DNA of 64,000 nt. It comes from Oscillospiraceae bacterium (lineage in GTDB: Bacteria > Bacillota > Clostridia > Oscillospirales > Ruminococcaceae). Position 1 is the stretch's first letter, and every line of letters starts with the position of its first letter. The stretch is taken from the NCBI GenBank assembly GCA_015067185.1, contig SVMZ01000012.1, positions 2,928-66,927 on the forward strand. The letters run 5' to 3'. Shown here one piece after another: positions 20,565 to 32,294 of the stretch. The position numbers were made by a program, and so were the translations under genes. The notes under the pieces were generated by a model, which was given only the letters and a program-made list of their open reading frames with translations, did no database searches and was not told the origin of the DNA.

Positions 20565-21242
20565 ATGGGAGAAGCCTCCCCCACCATTATACCGATTTTC
20601 GGCATTCTCGACGTCACCGGTGAAGTGGTAACAATGTGGATTATCATCACCCTTGTCGCCGTTCTCTCTCTGATTGTCACCCATAACCTCAAGGAACGCC
20701 CCGGCAAATTTCAGAACATGATTGAATTTGCACTGGAGTATCTGGAAAACTTCTTCTCCGGCATCATCGGCAAAAAGAAGACCCGGCAATACTTCACCTT
20801 CCTGGGTTCGCTGTTTATCTTTATCATCCTGGCCAACTATTCCGGCATCATTCCCGGCGTGGGTCTCACTGACTATGTCAAAGCCCCTACCGCCTCCCTC
20901 TCGGTTACAGCGGGACTGGGTCTCACCACCTTCCTCATTCTGCAGATCTCCGGTATGCGCTGCGGCGTCAAACACTATTTCAAGCGCTTTGTCAAGCCCA
21001 TGTTCTTTATGCTTCCGCTGTTGGTACTGGATGAGATTATCAAGCCCATCTCCCTCGCCCTTCGTCTCTACGGAAATGTTTTCGGCGAGGAGACCGTCAT
21101 CGAACAGCTCTATGAGCTGCTCCCCATCGGCGCACCGATCATCATGATCGTGCTCAGCCTGCTCTTCTGTGCCCTGCAGGCCGTAGTATTCACCATGCTC
21201 ACATCGCTTTATCTCGACGAGGTCACCGAAGTCGAAGAATAA
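20565..21242 (+). CDS. atpB: F0F1 ATP synthase subunit a
   Basis: 225-aa polytopic protein with the conserved Arg region LALRLYGNVFGEE. Confidence 0.93.
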   Translation: MGEASPTIIPIFGILDVTGEVVTMWIIITLVAVLSLIVTHNLKERPGKFQNMIEFALEYLENFFSGIIGKKKTRQYFTFLGSLFIFIILANYSGIIPGVGLTDYVKAPTASLSVTAGLGLTTFLILQISGMRCGVKHYFKRFVKPMFFMLPLLVLDEIIKPISLALRLYGNVFGEETVIEQLYELLPIGAPIIMIVLSLLFCALQAVVFTMLTSLYLDEVTEVEE

Positions 21243-21284
21243 AATAAAAACACAAAATCACCCAATAAAAAGGAGAAACAAATT

Positions 21285-21515
21285 ATGTCTACAGAAGCTA
21301 TCATCGCACTCGCAGCCGCATTCACCATCTCTTTCTGCACCATCTTCCCCTCTATGGCTCAGGGCTCCACCTCTAAAACCGCTATGGAAAGCATTGCACG
21401 CCAGCCGGATGCCGCAGGCGATATCCGTTCCACCCTGATCATCTCCCTCGCACTGATGGAAGCCCTCACCATCTACGGCCTTCTCATCGCATTCATGCTC
21501 ATCTCCAAGATCTGA
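21285..21515 (+). CDS. atpE: F0F1 ATP synthase subunit c
   Basis: 76-aa hairpin with the loop ESIARQPDA and the carboxylate in [13 protein letters not shown] strong AAGGAG-type RBS precedes it. Confidence 0.95.
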   Translation: MSTEAIIALAAAFTISFCTIFPSMAQGSTSKTAMESIARQPDAAGDIRSTLIISLALMEALTIYGLLIAFMLISKI

Positions 21516-21534
21516 TCGGAGGTTGTAACCACGC

Positions 21535-21951
21535 ATGAACATTCAGCTATCGGTCATCCTGTGGACCATCATCTGCTTCTGCATCCTCATGCTTGTACTT
21601 GACCGGCTTCTTTTCCGTCCCATGTTTACCTTCATGCGGGCACGTCAGAAGAAGATCGATGCGGCAGCGGCGCAGCGTGCCGCTGTTCAGCAGCAGCTCC
21701 TTGATGAAGCCAGACAACGCAGCGAGGAAGAGCTTGCAGCAAAACAGTCTGAACGCGCCCGCACCGCAGCTGCTGTTACAGAGGCTCATATCCATGCCGA
21801 CAACAGCATTGCCGAAGCTTCCGCGCGTTTTGAAAAGGAACTGGCTGAAAGCAAGGTTAACCTTGAAAAGGAAAGAGACGCCCTCGAATCCGCCCTTGAA
21901 CAGGCGCTTCCCGGTCTCGCCGCCGCCTTTGCCGACAAGCTGGTCTCCTGA
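21535..21951 (+). CDS. atpF: F0F1 ATP synthase subunit b
   Basis: 138 aa with one N-terminal TM followed by a charged A/E/R/K-rich helix. A GGAGG RBS precedes it. Confidence 0.85.
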   Translation: MNIQLSVILWTIICFCILMLVLDRLLFRPMFTFMRARQKKIDAAAAQRAAVQQQLLDEARQRSEEELAAKQSERARTAAAVTEAHIHADNSIAEASARFEKELAESKVNLEKERDALESALEQALPGLAAAFADKLVS

Positions 21952-21971
21952 AAATTATTAACCACTAACTA

Positions 21972-24221
21972 TTGGATCGGAAAAAAGAAATGGGACTTCA
22001 TTTTTTATATTCCTGCATAAATACGCTGATTCTGGCCGCCATTATTTTTTTGGTCGGCCGAAAGGCAATTGCCAAAATGTTCCGCACCCGGCGGGAAAGA
22101 ATATGCCGCGAACTGGATGAGCTGGAACAGCCTCCGGTACTGCCTGAGTTGCCCACCCCCGCTCCCGAAGCGGAGGCGGCCGCCGCAGACCCGCAGCACC
22201 CCGACGATGCCGCTGCCAAAATTACCGCTGCTGCCGAGGCCGAGATCGCTCTTCTTGACAGACAGCACCAATATCATATCCATGATCTCCGCCGGGAGAT
22301 GCTTACCTCTGCCCGCGCAGATTTTCTTCAGAAACTTCGCGACAAGGTAGCTGCGCTTATGGCGGAAGAACCGTATCGCTCTTTGCTGCGTGCCAAAGAA
22401 AGTATCATCGCCGATAAAATTATCCAGGTGGCAGATCTCACCCCCGGCGATATCGCCTATCTCGAAAGCAAGGATGTACTCTATGTTACCCTCACTTCCG
22501 CTTTTCCTCTTCCGCAGGATATTGTGGATAAGATCGGTGATCGCACCTCCAAGCTGCTTTATGATATTGGTGGAACCCCCTCTTACTGGGTCAGGGTGGA
22601 TCCCACTTTGATCGGCGGTCTGCGTCTGCGCATCGGCGACACAATCTACGATTACACCGTTGATAATATGCTTTATCGTGCGGTCAGACAGCTCAATGCT
22701 TCTCCCATGCCCCATGATATCGCCATTCAGTCTGTCATTGAAAAACTTACCAGCGAGATTCAATCTCTTTCTGATGATATTGATGAATTTCAGCTGGGAC
22801 GCGTTATCAGTGTTTCCGACGGTATCTGCTGGCTGGATGGTCTCTCCGACATTATGTACGGTGAGCTGGTGGAATTCGAATGCGGTGAACGCGGTATGAT
22901 CCTTGACATCGAACCCAGCCGCATCGGCTGTATCGTCTTCGGACGTTACGAACACCTGGAAAGCGGCAGCAAAGTGCGCCGTGTTGGACGCATGGCAAGT
23001 GTGCCGGTTGGTGAGGAACTGCTGGGACGCATTGTTGATCCCCTCGGTGTTCCCATCGATGGCAAAGGCAATCTCTGGACTCTCAAAACCAGACCCATTG
23101 AACACAGCGCTCCCAGCATTCCCGATAGAAAATCCGTCTCCCGCCCTTTGCATACCGGTATCAAAGCGATCGATGCCCTTGTGCCTATCGGTCGCGGTCA
23201 GCGTGAACTTATCATTGGTGACCGTCAAACCGGTAAATCCTCTATTGCCATCGATGCGATTATCAACCAGAAGGGCAAAGATGTCTTCTGCATCTATGTG
23301 GCCATTGGCCAGAAGGAGACCACCGTCGCTGAGATTCGCTCCAAACTTGAGAAATACGGTGCCATGGATTACACCGTTATTGTCAGCGCCACCGCTTCCA
23401 GCTCTGCTTCCATGCAGTATATTGCCCCCTTCTCCGCTACCGCCATCGGTGAATATTTCATGTATGCCGGCCGTGATGTACTGATTGTCTACGATGATCT
23501 CTCCAAACACGCCGTCAGTTACCGTGAGCTTTCTCTTCTGCTCCACCGTCCCTCCGGACGTGAAGCTTACCCTGGCGATATCTTCTATCTGCATGCCCGT
23601 TTGCTGGAACGCAGCGCCCGCCTTTCCGAAGAAGCCGGCGGCGGTTCCATGACCGCCCTGCCCATCATCGAAACGCAGGCCGGAGATATCTCTGCCTATA
23701 TTCCCACCAACGTTATCTCCATTACCGACGGTCAGATTTTCCTGGAGACAGATCTTTTCAACGAAGGACAGCGCCCTGCCATTAACGTGGGACTTTCCGT
23801 CTCTCGTGTCGGCAGTGCTGCTCAGACCAAACTGATGAAGCAGGTTTCTTCTCAGCTGAGAATGACCCTTGCCCAGCACCGCGAACTGGCCTCCTTTGCT
23901 CAGTTCGGTTCCGACCTGGATGATGTCACCCGCCGTGTACTGGATTCCGGAGACCGCATGCTGGCCGCCCTGCGCCAAGGCAGATATAATCCGCTTTCCG
24001 ATGCTCATCAGGCACTTATCATCTTTGCCGTCGGCAACGGCTTTGCCGATACGGTAGCACCTGCCGATATCGAACGTTTTGAAACCGCTTTGTTTGAGTA
24101 TTTCGATATAGAGTGCCCCGGGATTATGGCAGAACTGGAGACCGGAAACCGAATGTCCGATGAGTTCATCACTTCTCTGCGTGAAAAAATCAGTCTGTTT
24201 CTGACTGTTTCCGGGTTTTAA
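21972..24221 (+). CDS. atpA: fused ATP synthase polypeptide: b'-like TM/stalk segment, delta (OSCP) C-terminal-like segment, and full alpha subunit
   Basis: Residues about 8-30 form a TM helix followed by a charged helix (b-like). Residues about 150-240 resemble the delta C-terminus (LTSAFPLP...VDPTLIGGLRLRIGDTIYDYTVDNML). From about 250 a complete alpha subunit follows (Walker A GDRQTGKSS, YDDLSKHAVSYRELSLLL, ITDGQIFLE). No in-frame stop and no RBS occur at the junction (about 22690-22720). The true start may be the ATG at 21990. Confidence 0.85.
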   Translation: MDRKKEMGLHFLYSCINTLILAAIIFLVGRKAIAKMFRTRRERICRELDELEQPPVLPELPTPAPEAEAAAADPQHPDDAAAKITAAAEAEIALLDRQHQYHIHDLRREMLTSARADFLQKLRDKVAALMAEEPYRSLLRAKESIIADKIIQVADLTPGDIAYLESKDVLYVTLTSAFPLPQDIVDKIGDRTSKLLYDIGGTPSYWVRVDPTLIGGLRLRIGDTIYDYTVDNMLYRAVRQLNASPMPHDIAIQSVIEKLTSEIQSLSDDIDEFQLGRVISVSDGICWLDGLSDIMYGELVEFECGERGMILDIEPSRIGCIVFGRYEHLESGSKVRRVGRMASVPVGEELLGRIVDPLGVPIDGKGNLWTLKTRPIEHSAPSIPDRKSVSRPLHTGIKAIDALVPIGRGQRELIIGDRQTGKSSIAIDAIINQKGKDVFCIYVAIGQKETTVAEIRSKLEKYGAMDYTVIVSATASSSASMQYIAPFSATAIGEYFMYAGRDVLIVYDDLSKHAVSYRELSLLLHRPSGREAYPGDIFYLHARLLERSARLSEEAGGGSMTALPIIETQAGDISAYIPTNVISITDGQIFLETDLFNEGQRPAINVGLSVSRVGSAAQTKLMKQVSSQLRMTLAQHRELASFAQFGSDLDDVTRRVLDSGDRMLAALRQGRYNPLSDAHQALIIFAVGNGFADTVAPADIERFETALFEYFDIECPGIMAELETGNRMSDEFITSLREKISLFLTVSGF

Positions 24222-24278
24222 TTTGTATCTTTACCCCTATCACCATTAACCGCTTTAAGGAGGGCACGGCAGCAGCCT

Positions 24279-26593
<2,315 letters not shown>

Positions 26594-26619
26594 TTTCACA
26601 CTCTTAACGGAGGGATTCC

Positions 26620-26922
26620 ATGCCGGAAACCAACACACAACCCAAACAGCTGAAACTGCGCATCGTTACCCCTGCAGGTCCTGCTGCTGACCTTTTCTGC
26701 GCTTCTGTCCGTCTGGATATTCTTCCCGCCAAAGACGGTACCGGCGGAGGCAAATTCGGAATCAGACCGGGACACCTTCCCGCCATGCTCTCTCTTGGAA
26801 ACGGGAAAGTGACAGCCTATTCCCACAGTGCGGCACTGCTTCTGGAAAAAGAACTGCAAGGCGGCTTTGCCACTGTTGCCGACGATGTTGTTACCGTTTT
26901 AACCAGCAGTATCACCGAATGA
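26620..26922 (+). CDS. atpC: F0F1 ATP synthase subunit epsilon (beta-sandwich domain only)
   Basis: 100 aa. LKLRIVTPAG...GIRPGHLPAMLSLGNGKV matches the N-terminal domain. There is no room for the usual two C-terminal helices. Confidence 0.85.
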   Translation: MPETNTQPKQLKLRIVTPAGPAADLFCASVRLDILPAKDGTGGGKFGIRPGHLPAMLSLGNGKVTAYSHSAALLLEKELQGGFATVADDVVTVLTSSITE

Positions 26923-26940
26923 CCATTTCCGCTTCTCTTT

Positions 26941-26980
26941 ACAACTGTTTTCGCTTCTGCCGAAAACAGTTGTTTTTTCT
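26941..26980 (+). terminator. intrinsic terminator of the atp operon
   Basis: ACAACTGTTTTCG-cttctgc-CGAAAACAGTTGT followed by TTTTTTC. Confidence 0.85.
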
Positions 26981-27252
26981 CTTTCTTTTTATTTTTCCCC
27001 GCATTGACTATTGTACACCCATAGGTGTATAATAAAGGCAGCGGAAACGGATCCTTTTTCCGTTTTTTGGCCAGAGGCTGTATCCGATCTTTCATAAACA
27101 CTCCTCCCTCTTCCTTTCTGCATTAAAAACGCCTCTGTGTTGTTTCAATAAAAATATCTGTTGCAATCAAGTGCGGTTCCGGCAACTTTTCGGATGGTTC
27201 AAACGAGCCATTCCGGATGCGGCACCGCGTTTTTGCACCAAGGAGCGCAGAT

Positions 27253-28176
27253 ATGAATCTGGTTCATCTGAAATATGCGGTGGAGATTGCCAAAACCAAC
27301 TCCATCACCAAAGCGGCAGAAAATCTCTATACCACCCAGCCGCACATCAGCCGTTCCATCCGTGAACTTGAAGCTACCCTCGGTGTGGAGTTGTTCCGCC
27401 GTACCCCAAAAGGGTTGTACCTCACTCCCCAGGGAGAAGAGTTTATTGGCTACGCCCAAAATATCATCTCTCAAGTGGAAACGGTGGAATCTCTCTATCG
27501 CGGCGGAAGACAGGCTGCACAGCAATTTTCCATCTCCGTTCCCCGCGCAAATTATATCTCAACAGCATTTACCGCCTTTGTCAAACGATTGGATCCCTCT
27601 CTCAGAACAGAGATCTTTTATAAGGAAACCAATTCCGAGCGTGCAATCATCAATATCTGTGAGTCGGATTATAAACTTGGTATTCTTCGATACCAGGAAT
27701 CCTACGACCGTTATTTCAAAAATATGCTGGAAGAAAAGGGACTTCATGCCGAACTTATCTATGAGTTCAGCTATCGTCTGATTATGTCCAGAAAACACCC
27801 TCTGGCAACCAAAGCCGAAATCACCATCGATGACCTCACCCCTTATACCGAAATTGCCCACGCAGATCCCTTTGTTCCCTCTCTTCCGCTGAGTACGGTA
27901 CGTAAGAATGAGGTTGTCGATAATGTGTATAAACACATTTATGTTTTTGAAAGAGGCAGTCAGATGGATATCCTTTCGGAATCTGACGAAGCCTTTATCT
28001 GGGTCTCCCCCATGTCCGAAGAAGCGTTGGAGCGCTTCGGTCTTGTAGAACGTGTCTGTGCCGAAAACAAGAAGCGTTACCGGGATATTCTGATTTATAA
28101 AAAAGACTACACACTATCCAATCTGGATCTCATGTTCATTGATGAACTGAATCATGTAAAAGCACAGCTCACATGA
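27253..28176 (+). CDS. LysR-family transcriptional regulator
   Basis: MNLVHLKYAVEIAKTNSITKAAENLYTTQPHISRSIRELE HTH plus a substrate-binding domain. ATG at 27253 after AAGGAG. Confidence 0.9.
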   Translation: MNLVHLKYAVEIAKTNSITKAAENLYTTQPHISRSIRELEATLGVELFRRTPKGLYLTPQGEEFIGYAQNIISQVETVESLYRGGRQAAQQFSISVPRANYISTAFTAFVKRLDPSLRTEIFYKETNSERAIINICESDYKLGILRYQESYDRYFKNMLEEKGLHAELIYEFSYRLIMSRKHPLATKAEITIDDLTPYTEIAHADPFVPSLPLSTVRKNEVVDNVYKHIYVFERGSQMDILSESDEAFIWVSPMSEEALERFGLVERVCAENKKRYRDILIYKKDYTLSNLDLMFIDELNHVKAQLT

Positions 28177-28323
28177 TTTCCGGACGAATCCCTGCTCATA
28201 AACTTGCTGCAGAGTAAGTTATGCCGCCGTTCTCCGCCTTACGCATGGAAACAAATCCCCTGCAGCTATCCTTCCAACAATACATTTTATTAACCTGATA
28301 TCATTTCTACGGAGGTCAATATC

Positions 28324-28863
28324 ATGAAACTGATGATCGCATCCGATATTCACGGCTCCTCTTATTACGCCGCCGAGCTTCTTGCGCGTTTTGCCGAAGA
28401 ATCCCCTGACAAGCTTGTTTTGCTGGGTGACATCCTTTATCACGGTCCCCGCAACGATCTGCCCAGAGATTATGCCCCCAAAAAACTGATTGAAATGCTC
28501 AATCCCCTCGCCGATCAACTGCTGTGTGTTCGCGGCAACTGCGATACCGAAGTGGATCAAATGGTGCTGCAGTTCCCCATTCTTTCCGACACCGTCCTGA
28601 TTTTTGACGGTATCCGTATCCTCACTGCCACCCACGGCCATCATCTGGATACCGTCTCCGCTCCCATGAAGAATGGCATCATCCTTTACGGCCATACTCA
28701 TATTCCCGACAATACCCTCAAAGACGGCATCCGCTACATCAACCCCGGCTCTGTTTCCATTCCCAAAAACGGCTCCGTTAACAGCTATCTGATTTATTCC
28801 GACGGCCTGTTCCAGTGGAAAAACGTTTCTACCGGCGAAGTTTACAACAGTTTTCAGCTTTAA
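28324..28863 (+). CDS. yfcE: YfcE-type metallophosphoesterase (phosphodiesterase, MJ0936 family)
   Basis: MKLMIASDIHGS...LGDILYHGPRN...VRGNCD...GHTH aligns along its length with E. coli YfcE as I recall it. Confidence 0.85.
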   Translation: MKLMIASDIHGSSYYAAELLARFAEESPDKLVLLGDILYHGPRNDLPRDYAPKKLIEMLNPLADQLLCVRGNCDTEVDQMVLQFPILSDTVLIFDGIRILTATHGHHLDTVSAPMKNGIILYGHTHIPDNTLKDGIRYINPGSVSIPKNGSVNSYLIYSDGLFQWKNVSTGEVYNSFQL

Positions 28864-28896
28864 TCTTTCCTCGACTATCATCAAAGGAGATTCATT

Positions 28897-29424
28897 ATGG
28901 ATTTCATTCATCTCAGCAATACCCGTCAGAGCTGCCGTAATTTCAGCAGCAAACCTGTTTCTAAAGAGGATCTTCTCACCTGTCTGGAGGCAGCCCGCCT
29001 TGCCCCCAGCGCCTGCAACTCTCAGCCTTATCACATCTATGTCTGTACCGGCGAGACAGCCGCCGCAGCTGCCAAAACTACCCAAACTGCCGGCATGAAT
29101 AAATTCACATCGCAGGCTCCCTGCCTCCTGGTCATCACAGAGGAAAACTATAATGCCACCGCTGCCATTGGCAGCCGCAGAAAAGATCAGGATTACCGCA
29201 GTGTGGATATCGGTCTTGCTGCTGCCCAGATTTGTCTCTGCGCCACCACTCTGGGGCTTTCTACCTGCATGGTCGGTTGGTTTAACGAGAAAGAACTGTC
29301 GGCACTGCTGAATACCAAATCCCGCATCCGTCTTGTTATTGCCCTTGGCTATGCCGCAGAAGAAGATAAACTGCGCACCAAAAAACGCAAATCTCTGGAT
29401 GAGCTTGTCTCCTTTGTTCAATAA
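28897..29424 (+). CDS. nitroreductase family protein
   Basis: RQSCRNFSSKPVSKEDL...APSACNSQPYHIYV is a typical nitroreductase N-terminus. 175 aa. Confidence 0.8.
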   Translation: MDFIHLSNTRQSCRNFSSKPVSKEDLLTCLEAARLAPSACNSQPYHIYVCTGETAAAAAKTTQTAGMNKFTSQAPCLLVITEENYNATAAIGSRRKDQDYRSVDIGLAAAQICLCATTLGLSTCMVGWFNEKELSALLNTKSRIRLVIALGYAAEEDKLRTKKRKSLDELVSFVQ

Positions 29425-29442
29425 CCCCTTCTCATTTCTCTC

Positions 29443-29482
29443 AAGAACAGCTGCCGATAACCGGACAGCTGTTCTTTTATTT
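29443..29482 (+). terminator. intrinsic terminator after the nitroreductase gene
   Basis: AAGAACAGCTG-12 nt-CAGCTGTTCTT followed by TTATTTC. Confidence 0.75.
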
Positions 29483-29749
29483 CTCTGCATCCAATTTCCA
29501 TCAATCACATTTATTTTTCTTTTTTATCCCCTGTTTTTGTCTCTGTTATTTTAAACTATTCGTATATTTTCCCTTTCAAATTATATTTAAACCGTTTTCA
29601 CCCTCCCTCATCTTCCAAAACTTCCCTCTCTCTTCTTTTTTTGCATAAATATTTCAATTTGTTGTATTTTTTTACATGCAACAAAATTTATATACACCTT
29701 TCATTACAAAAAAACATAACTTTTGTCGATTATTCATATCTAAAATTTC

Positions 29750-29778
29750 TTGACAAAGAGTATAAATAGCATTAAAAT
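29750..29778 (+). promoter_or_regulatory. putative rny promoter (TTGACA-17-TAAAAT)
   Basis: -35 at 29750-29755 and -10 at 29773-29778, in an AT-rich 430-nt intergenic region. Confidence 0.55.
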
Positions 29779-29876
29779 ATATATGTATGCTTTTATTTGA
29801 TATATTTCGGGTATCCACCCTTGTATAGACGGAAAAGAATACGCAAATATTATGATTGGAGGATAATGATTTACAA

Positions 29877-31436
29877 ATGGAAGTAAGCATTTTCTGGTGT
29901 ATTATCGCCGGATTTTTGGGCTTACTCGTGGGTGGCATTTGCTTCTTTTTCATCGGCGTCTCCTACAGACGCAAGGTTGCGGAGGCGGAACTTGGCTCTG
30001 CAGAGGAAGAGGCAAAGAAAATTGTTTCAGACGCAATAAAAACAGCTGAAAGCAAGAAAAAAGAAGCTTTGGTAGATGCCAAAGATGAAATCCACAAGCT
30101 CAAACAGGAAAACGAGCGTGAGCTCAAGGAACGTCGTTCCGCTATTCAGAAGCAGGAACACAGATTACAGCAAAAAGAAGAGTCTCTCGACAGAAAACTT
30201 GACAACTTTGAGAAGAAAGAAGAAGTTCTTCAAAATAAACTTAAAGAAGCTGAAGGTTATCTCGAGGAATCCAAACAATTGAAAGCCCGTGAGCTTGAAA
30301 TGCTGGAACGCATTTCCGGTCTCACCATCGAACAGGCCAAAGAGCATCTTCTCTCCATCCTTGACAACGAACTCAGACATGAGAAATCTGTCAAGATTGC
30401 CCAGTATGAGCAGCAGCTCAAAGAAGAGGCAGAGGAAAAAGCGAAACAGTACATTTCTCTGGCTATTATGCGCTGTGCTTCCGACTATGTGGCAGAAGCC
30501 ACCGTATCGGTTGTACCTCTCCCCAACGATGAAATGAAGGGACGCATTATCGGTCGTGAAGGACGCAATATCCGCGCCATCGAATCCCAGACTGGTGTCG
30601 ATCTCATCATCGATGATACCCCCGAAGCAATCACCCTCTCCAGCTTTGATCCCGTCAGACGTGAGATCGCCAGACTCTCTCTGGAACACCTCATTCAGGA
30701 CGGCCGCATCCATCCCGCCAAGATTGAGGAGTCTATCGAGAAATCCCGCAAGGAAGTGGAACAGAAGATCAAGCAGGACGGTGAACGTGCTATCATTTCC
30801 ACCGGTGTTCACGGTCTCCATCCCGAAATTGTCAAACTGCTTGGACGCATGCGTTATCGTACCAGCTACGGTCAGAACGTTCTTGCCCATTCCATTGAAG
30901 TTTCTCAGCTTGCCGGCATGATGGCATCCGAAATCGGTGCCGATGCCAACCTGGCCCGCAGAGCCGGCTTGATCCACGATATCGGTAAGGCTCTTACCCA
31001 TGAAGTAGAAGGTTCCCATGTCAACATCGGCGTTGAAATTGCCAAGAAATATAAGGAATCCGCTGATGTTATCCATGCTATCGAAGCTCATCACGGCGAT
31101 GTAGAGCCTAAAACGGTTGTTGCCTGTCTCGTTCAGGCTGCAGATGCTGTTTCCGCAGCAAGACCCGGCGCCCGCCGCGAGAATCTTGAAAATTACATCA
31201 AGCGTCTTGAAAAACTGGAGGCTATTGCCAACGCTTATGAGGGCGTAGATAAGTGCTTTGCTATTCAGGCAGGACGCGAGATCCGCATCATTGTTAAACC
31301 GGAAGTTGTTCGCGATGATCAGATTTCTTTTGTTGCACGTGAGATTGTCAAGAACATTGAAAAAGAATTGGATTATCCCGGTCAGATTAAGGTTCATGTC
31401 GTGAGGGAAAGCCGAGCGATAGAATACGCTAAGTAA
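29877..31436 (+). CDS. rny: ribonuclease Y
   Basis: N-terminal TM, coiled-coil, KH domain ([13 protein letters not shown]) and HD domain (HSIEV...LIHDIGKA). Confidence 0.97.
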   Translation: MEVSIFWCIIAGFLGLLVGGICFFFIGVSYRRKVAEAELGSAEEEAKKIVSDAIKTAESKKKEALVDAKDEIHKLKQENERELKERRSAIQKQEHRLQQKEESLDRKLDNFEKKEEVLQNKLKEAEGYLEESKQLKARELEMLERISGLTIEQAKEHLLSILDNELRHEKSVKIAQYEQQLKEEAEEKAKQYISLAIMRCASDYVAEATVSVVPLPNDEMKGRIIGREGRNIRAIESQTGVDLIIDDTPEAITLSSFDPVRREIARLSLEHLIQDGRIHPAKIEESIEKSRKEVEQKIKQDGERAIISTGVHGLHPEIVKLLGRMRYRTSYGQNVLAHSIEVSQLAGMMASEIGADANLARRAGLIHDIGKALTHEVEGSHVNIGVEIAKKYKESADVIHAIEAHHGDVEPKTVVACLVQAADAVSAARPGARRENLENYIKRLEKLEAIANAYEGVDKCFAIQAGREIRIIVKPEVVRDDQISFVAREIVKNIEKELDYPGQIKVHVVRESRAIEYAK

Positions 31437-31442
31437 TCAGCA

Positions 31443-31469
31443 AAGGCCCCTTCGGGGGCTTTTTGTTTG
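31443..31469 (+). terminator. hairpin with U-tract between rny and ymdB (probably a partial terminator)
   Basis: AGGCCCC-TTCG-GGGGCT followed by TTTTGTTTG. Confidence 0.6.
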
Positions 31470-31506
31470 TCTTCCATTTCAATCCTAAGCGGAACGGAGT
31501 TTTGTT

Positions 31507-32274
31507 ATGCGAGTACTTGCCATCGGAGATGTTGTCGGCAGCTGTGGTTGTCAGCGCCTTAAAACTGCTCTTCCGGAACTTAAAAAATGGAGCAAAGCAG
31601 ATCTTACCATTGTAAACGGAGAAAACTCTGCCGACAGCAACGGGATATCCCGCAGCTCCGCTTCGCTGATTTTCAGCTGCGGTGCCGATATCATCACCAC
31701 CGGCAACCATGTCTATCGCCAACGCGAAATTTACGATGAGCTGGACCGTGAAGCCGGCATCATTCGTCCTGCCAATTATCATCCCGATGCTCCCGGTACA
31801 GGCAGCTATCTCTTTGAAAAAGGCCGTTTCCGCGCCTTGGTCGTCAACCTTTCCGGACAGCTGTTTATGGAAGCCTATGAGTCCCCCTTCGCCTGCATCG
31901 ACCGTCTTCTTGCCAAAAATAATGTCCGCATTGTCATTGTGGATATCCATGCCGAAGCGACATCTGAAAAAACAGCCCTTGCCTGCCACCTTGACGGGCG
32001 TGTTTCCCTTGTCTTCGGCACCCATACCCATGTTCAAACCGCTGACGAAAAAATCCTCCCCGGAGGAACCGGCTATATCACAGATCTCGGCATGTGCGCC
32101 GCTGCCGACTCCGTGCTTGGAATGAAGAAAGATCTGGCTGTACGCCGTCTCATTACCAAAATGCCGGAACGCTTTGAGCCTGCCTCGGGCAGTTGCCTCA
32201 TTAACGGTATCTTTGCCGAAATTGATGACAATACCGGAAAAACCATTCATATTGAGAGAATCAATCTGATTTAA
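31507..32274 (+). CDS. ymdB: YmdB-family metallophosphoesterase (2',3'-cyclic-nucleotide 2'-phosphodiesterase)
   Basis: MRVLAIGDVVG...NGENSA...TTGNH...DIHAEATSEK...GTHTHVQTADE, in the conserved rny-ymdB pairing. Confidence 0.92.
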   Translation: MRVLAIGDVVGSCGCQRLKTALPELKKWSKADLTIVNGENSADSNGISRSSASLIFSCGADIITTGNHVYRQREIYDELDREAGIIRPANYHPDAPGTGSYLFEKGRFRALVVNLSGQLFMEAYESPFACIDRLLAKNNVRIVIVDIHAEATSEKTALACHLDGRVSLVFGTHTHVQTADEKILPGGTGYITDLGMCAAADSVLGMKKDLAVRRLITKMPERFEPASGSCLINGIFAEIDDNTGKTIHIERINLI

Positions 32275-32294
32275 ACGTTGCAGGAGGATTTTCC

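Noticed and set aside
21285-21515. Possible Na+ specificity of the c subunit
   Set aside because: A Gln in helix 1 (AQG) and the Glu/Tyr spacing in helix 2 (MEALTIY) resemble the Na+ motif. However, the Ser/Thr positions next to the Glu are Ala/Leu. The evidence is too weak to call ion specificity from sequence alone.
22005-24008. 667-aa ORF on the - strand
   Set aside because: It is antisense to the alpha-subunit part of the atp fusion ORF. Its composition is G/D/A-rich and there are no start signals.
28219-29508. 429-aa ORF on the - strand
   Set aside because: It is antisense to two motif-supported genes, the yfcE-like gene and the nitroreductase gene. Similar antisense ORFs at 30165-31397, 34622-35836, 36121-37083 and 37400-38560 are rejected for the same reason.
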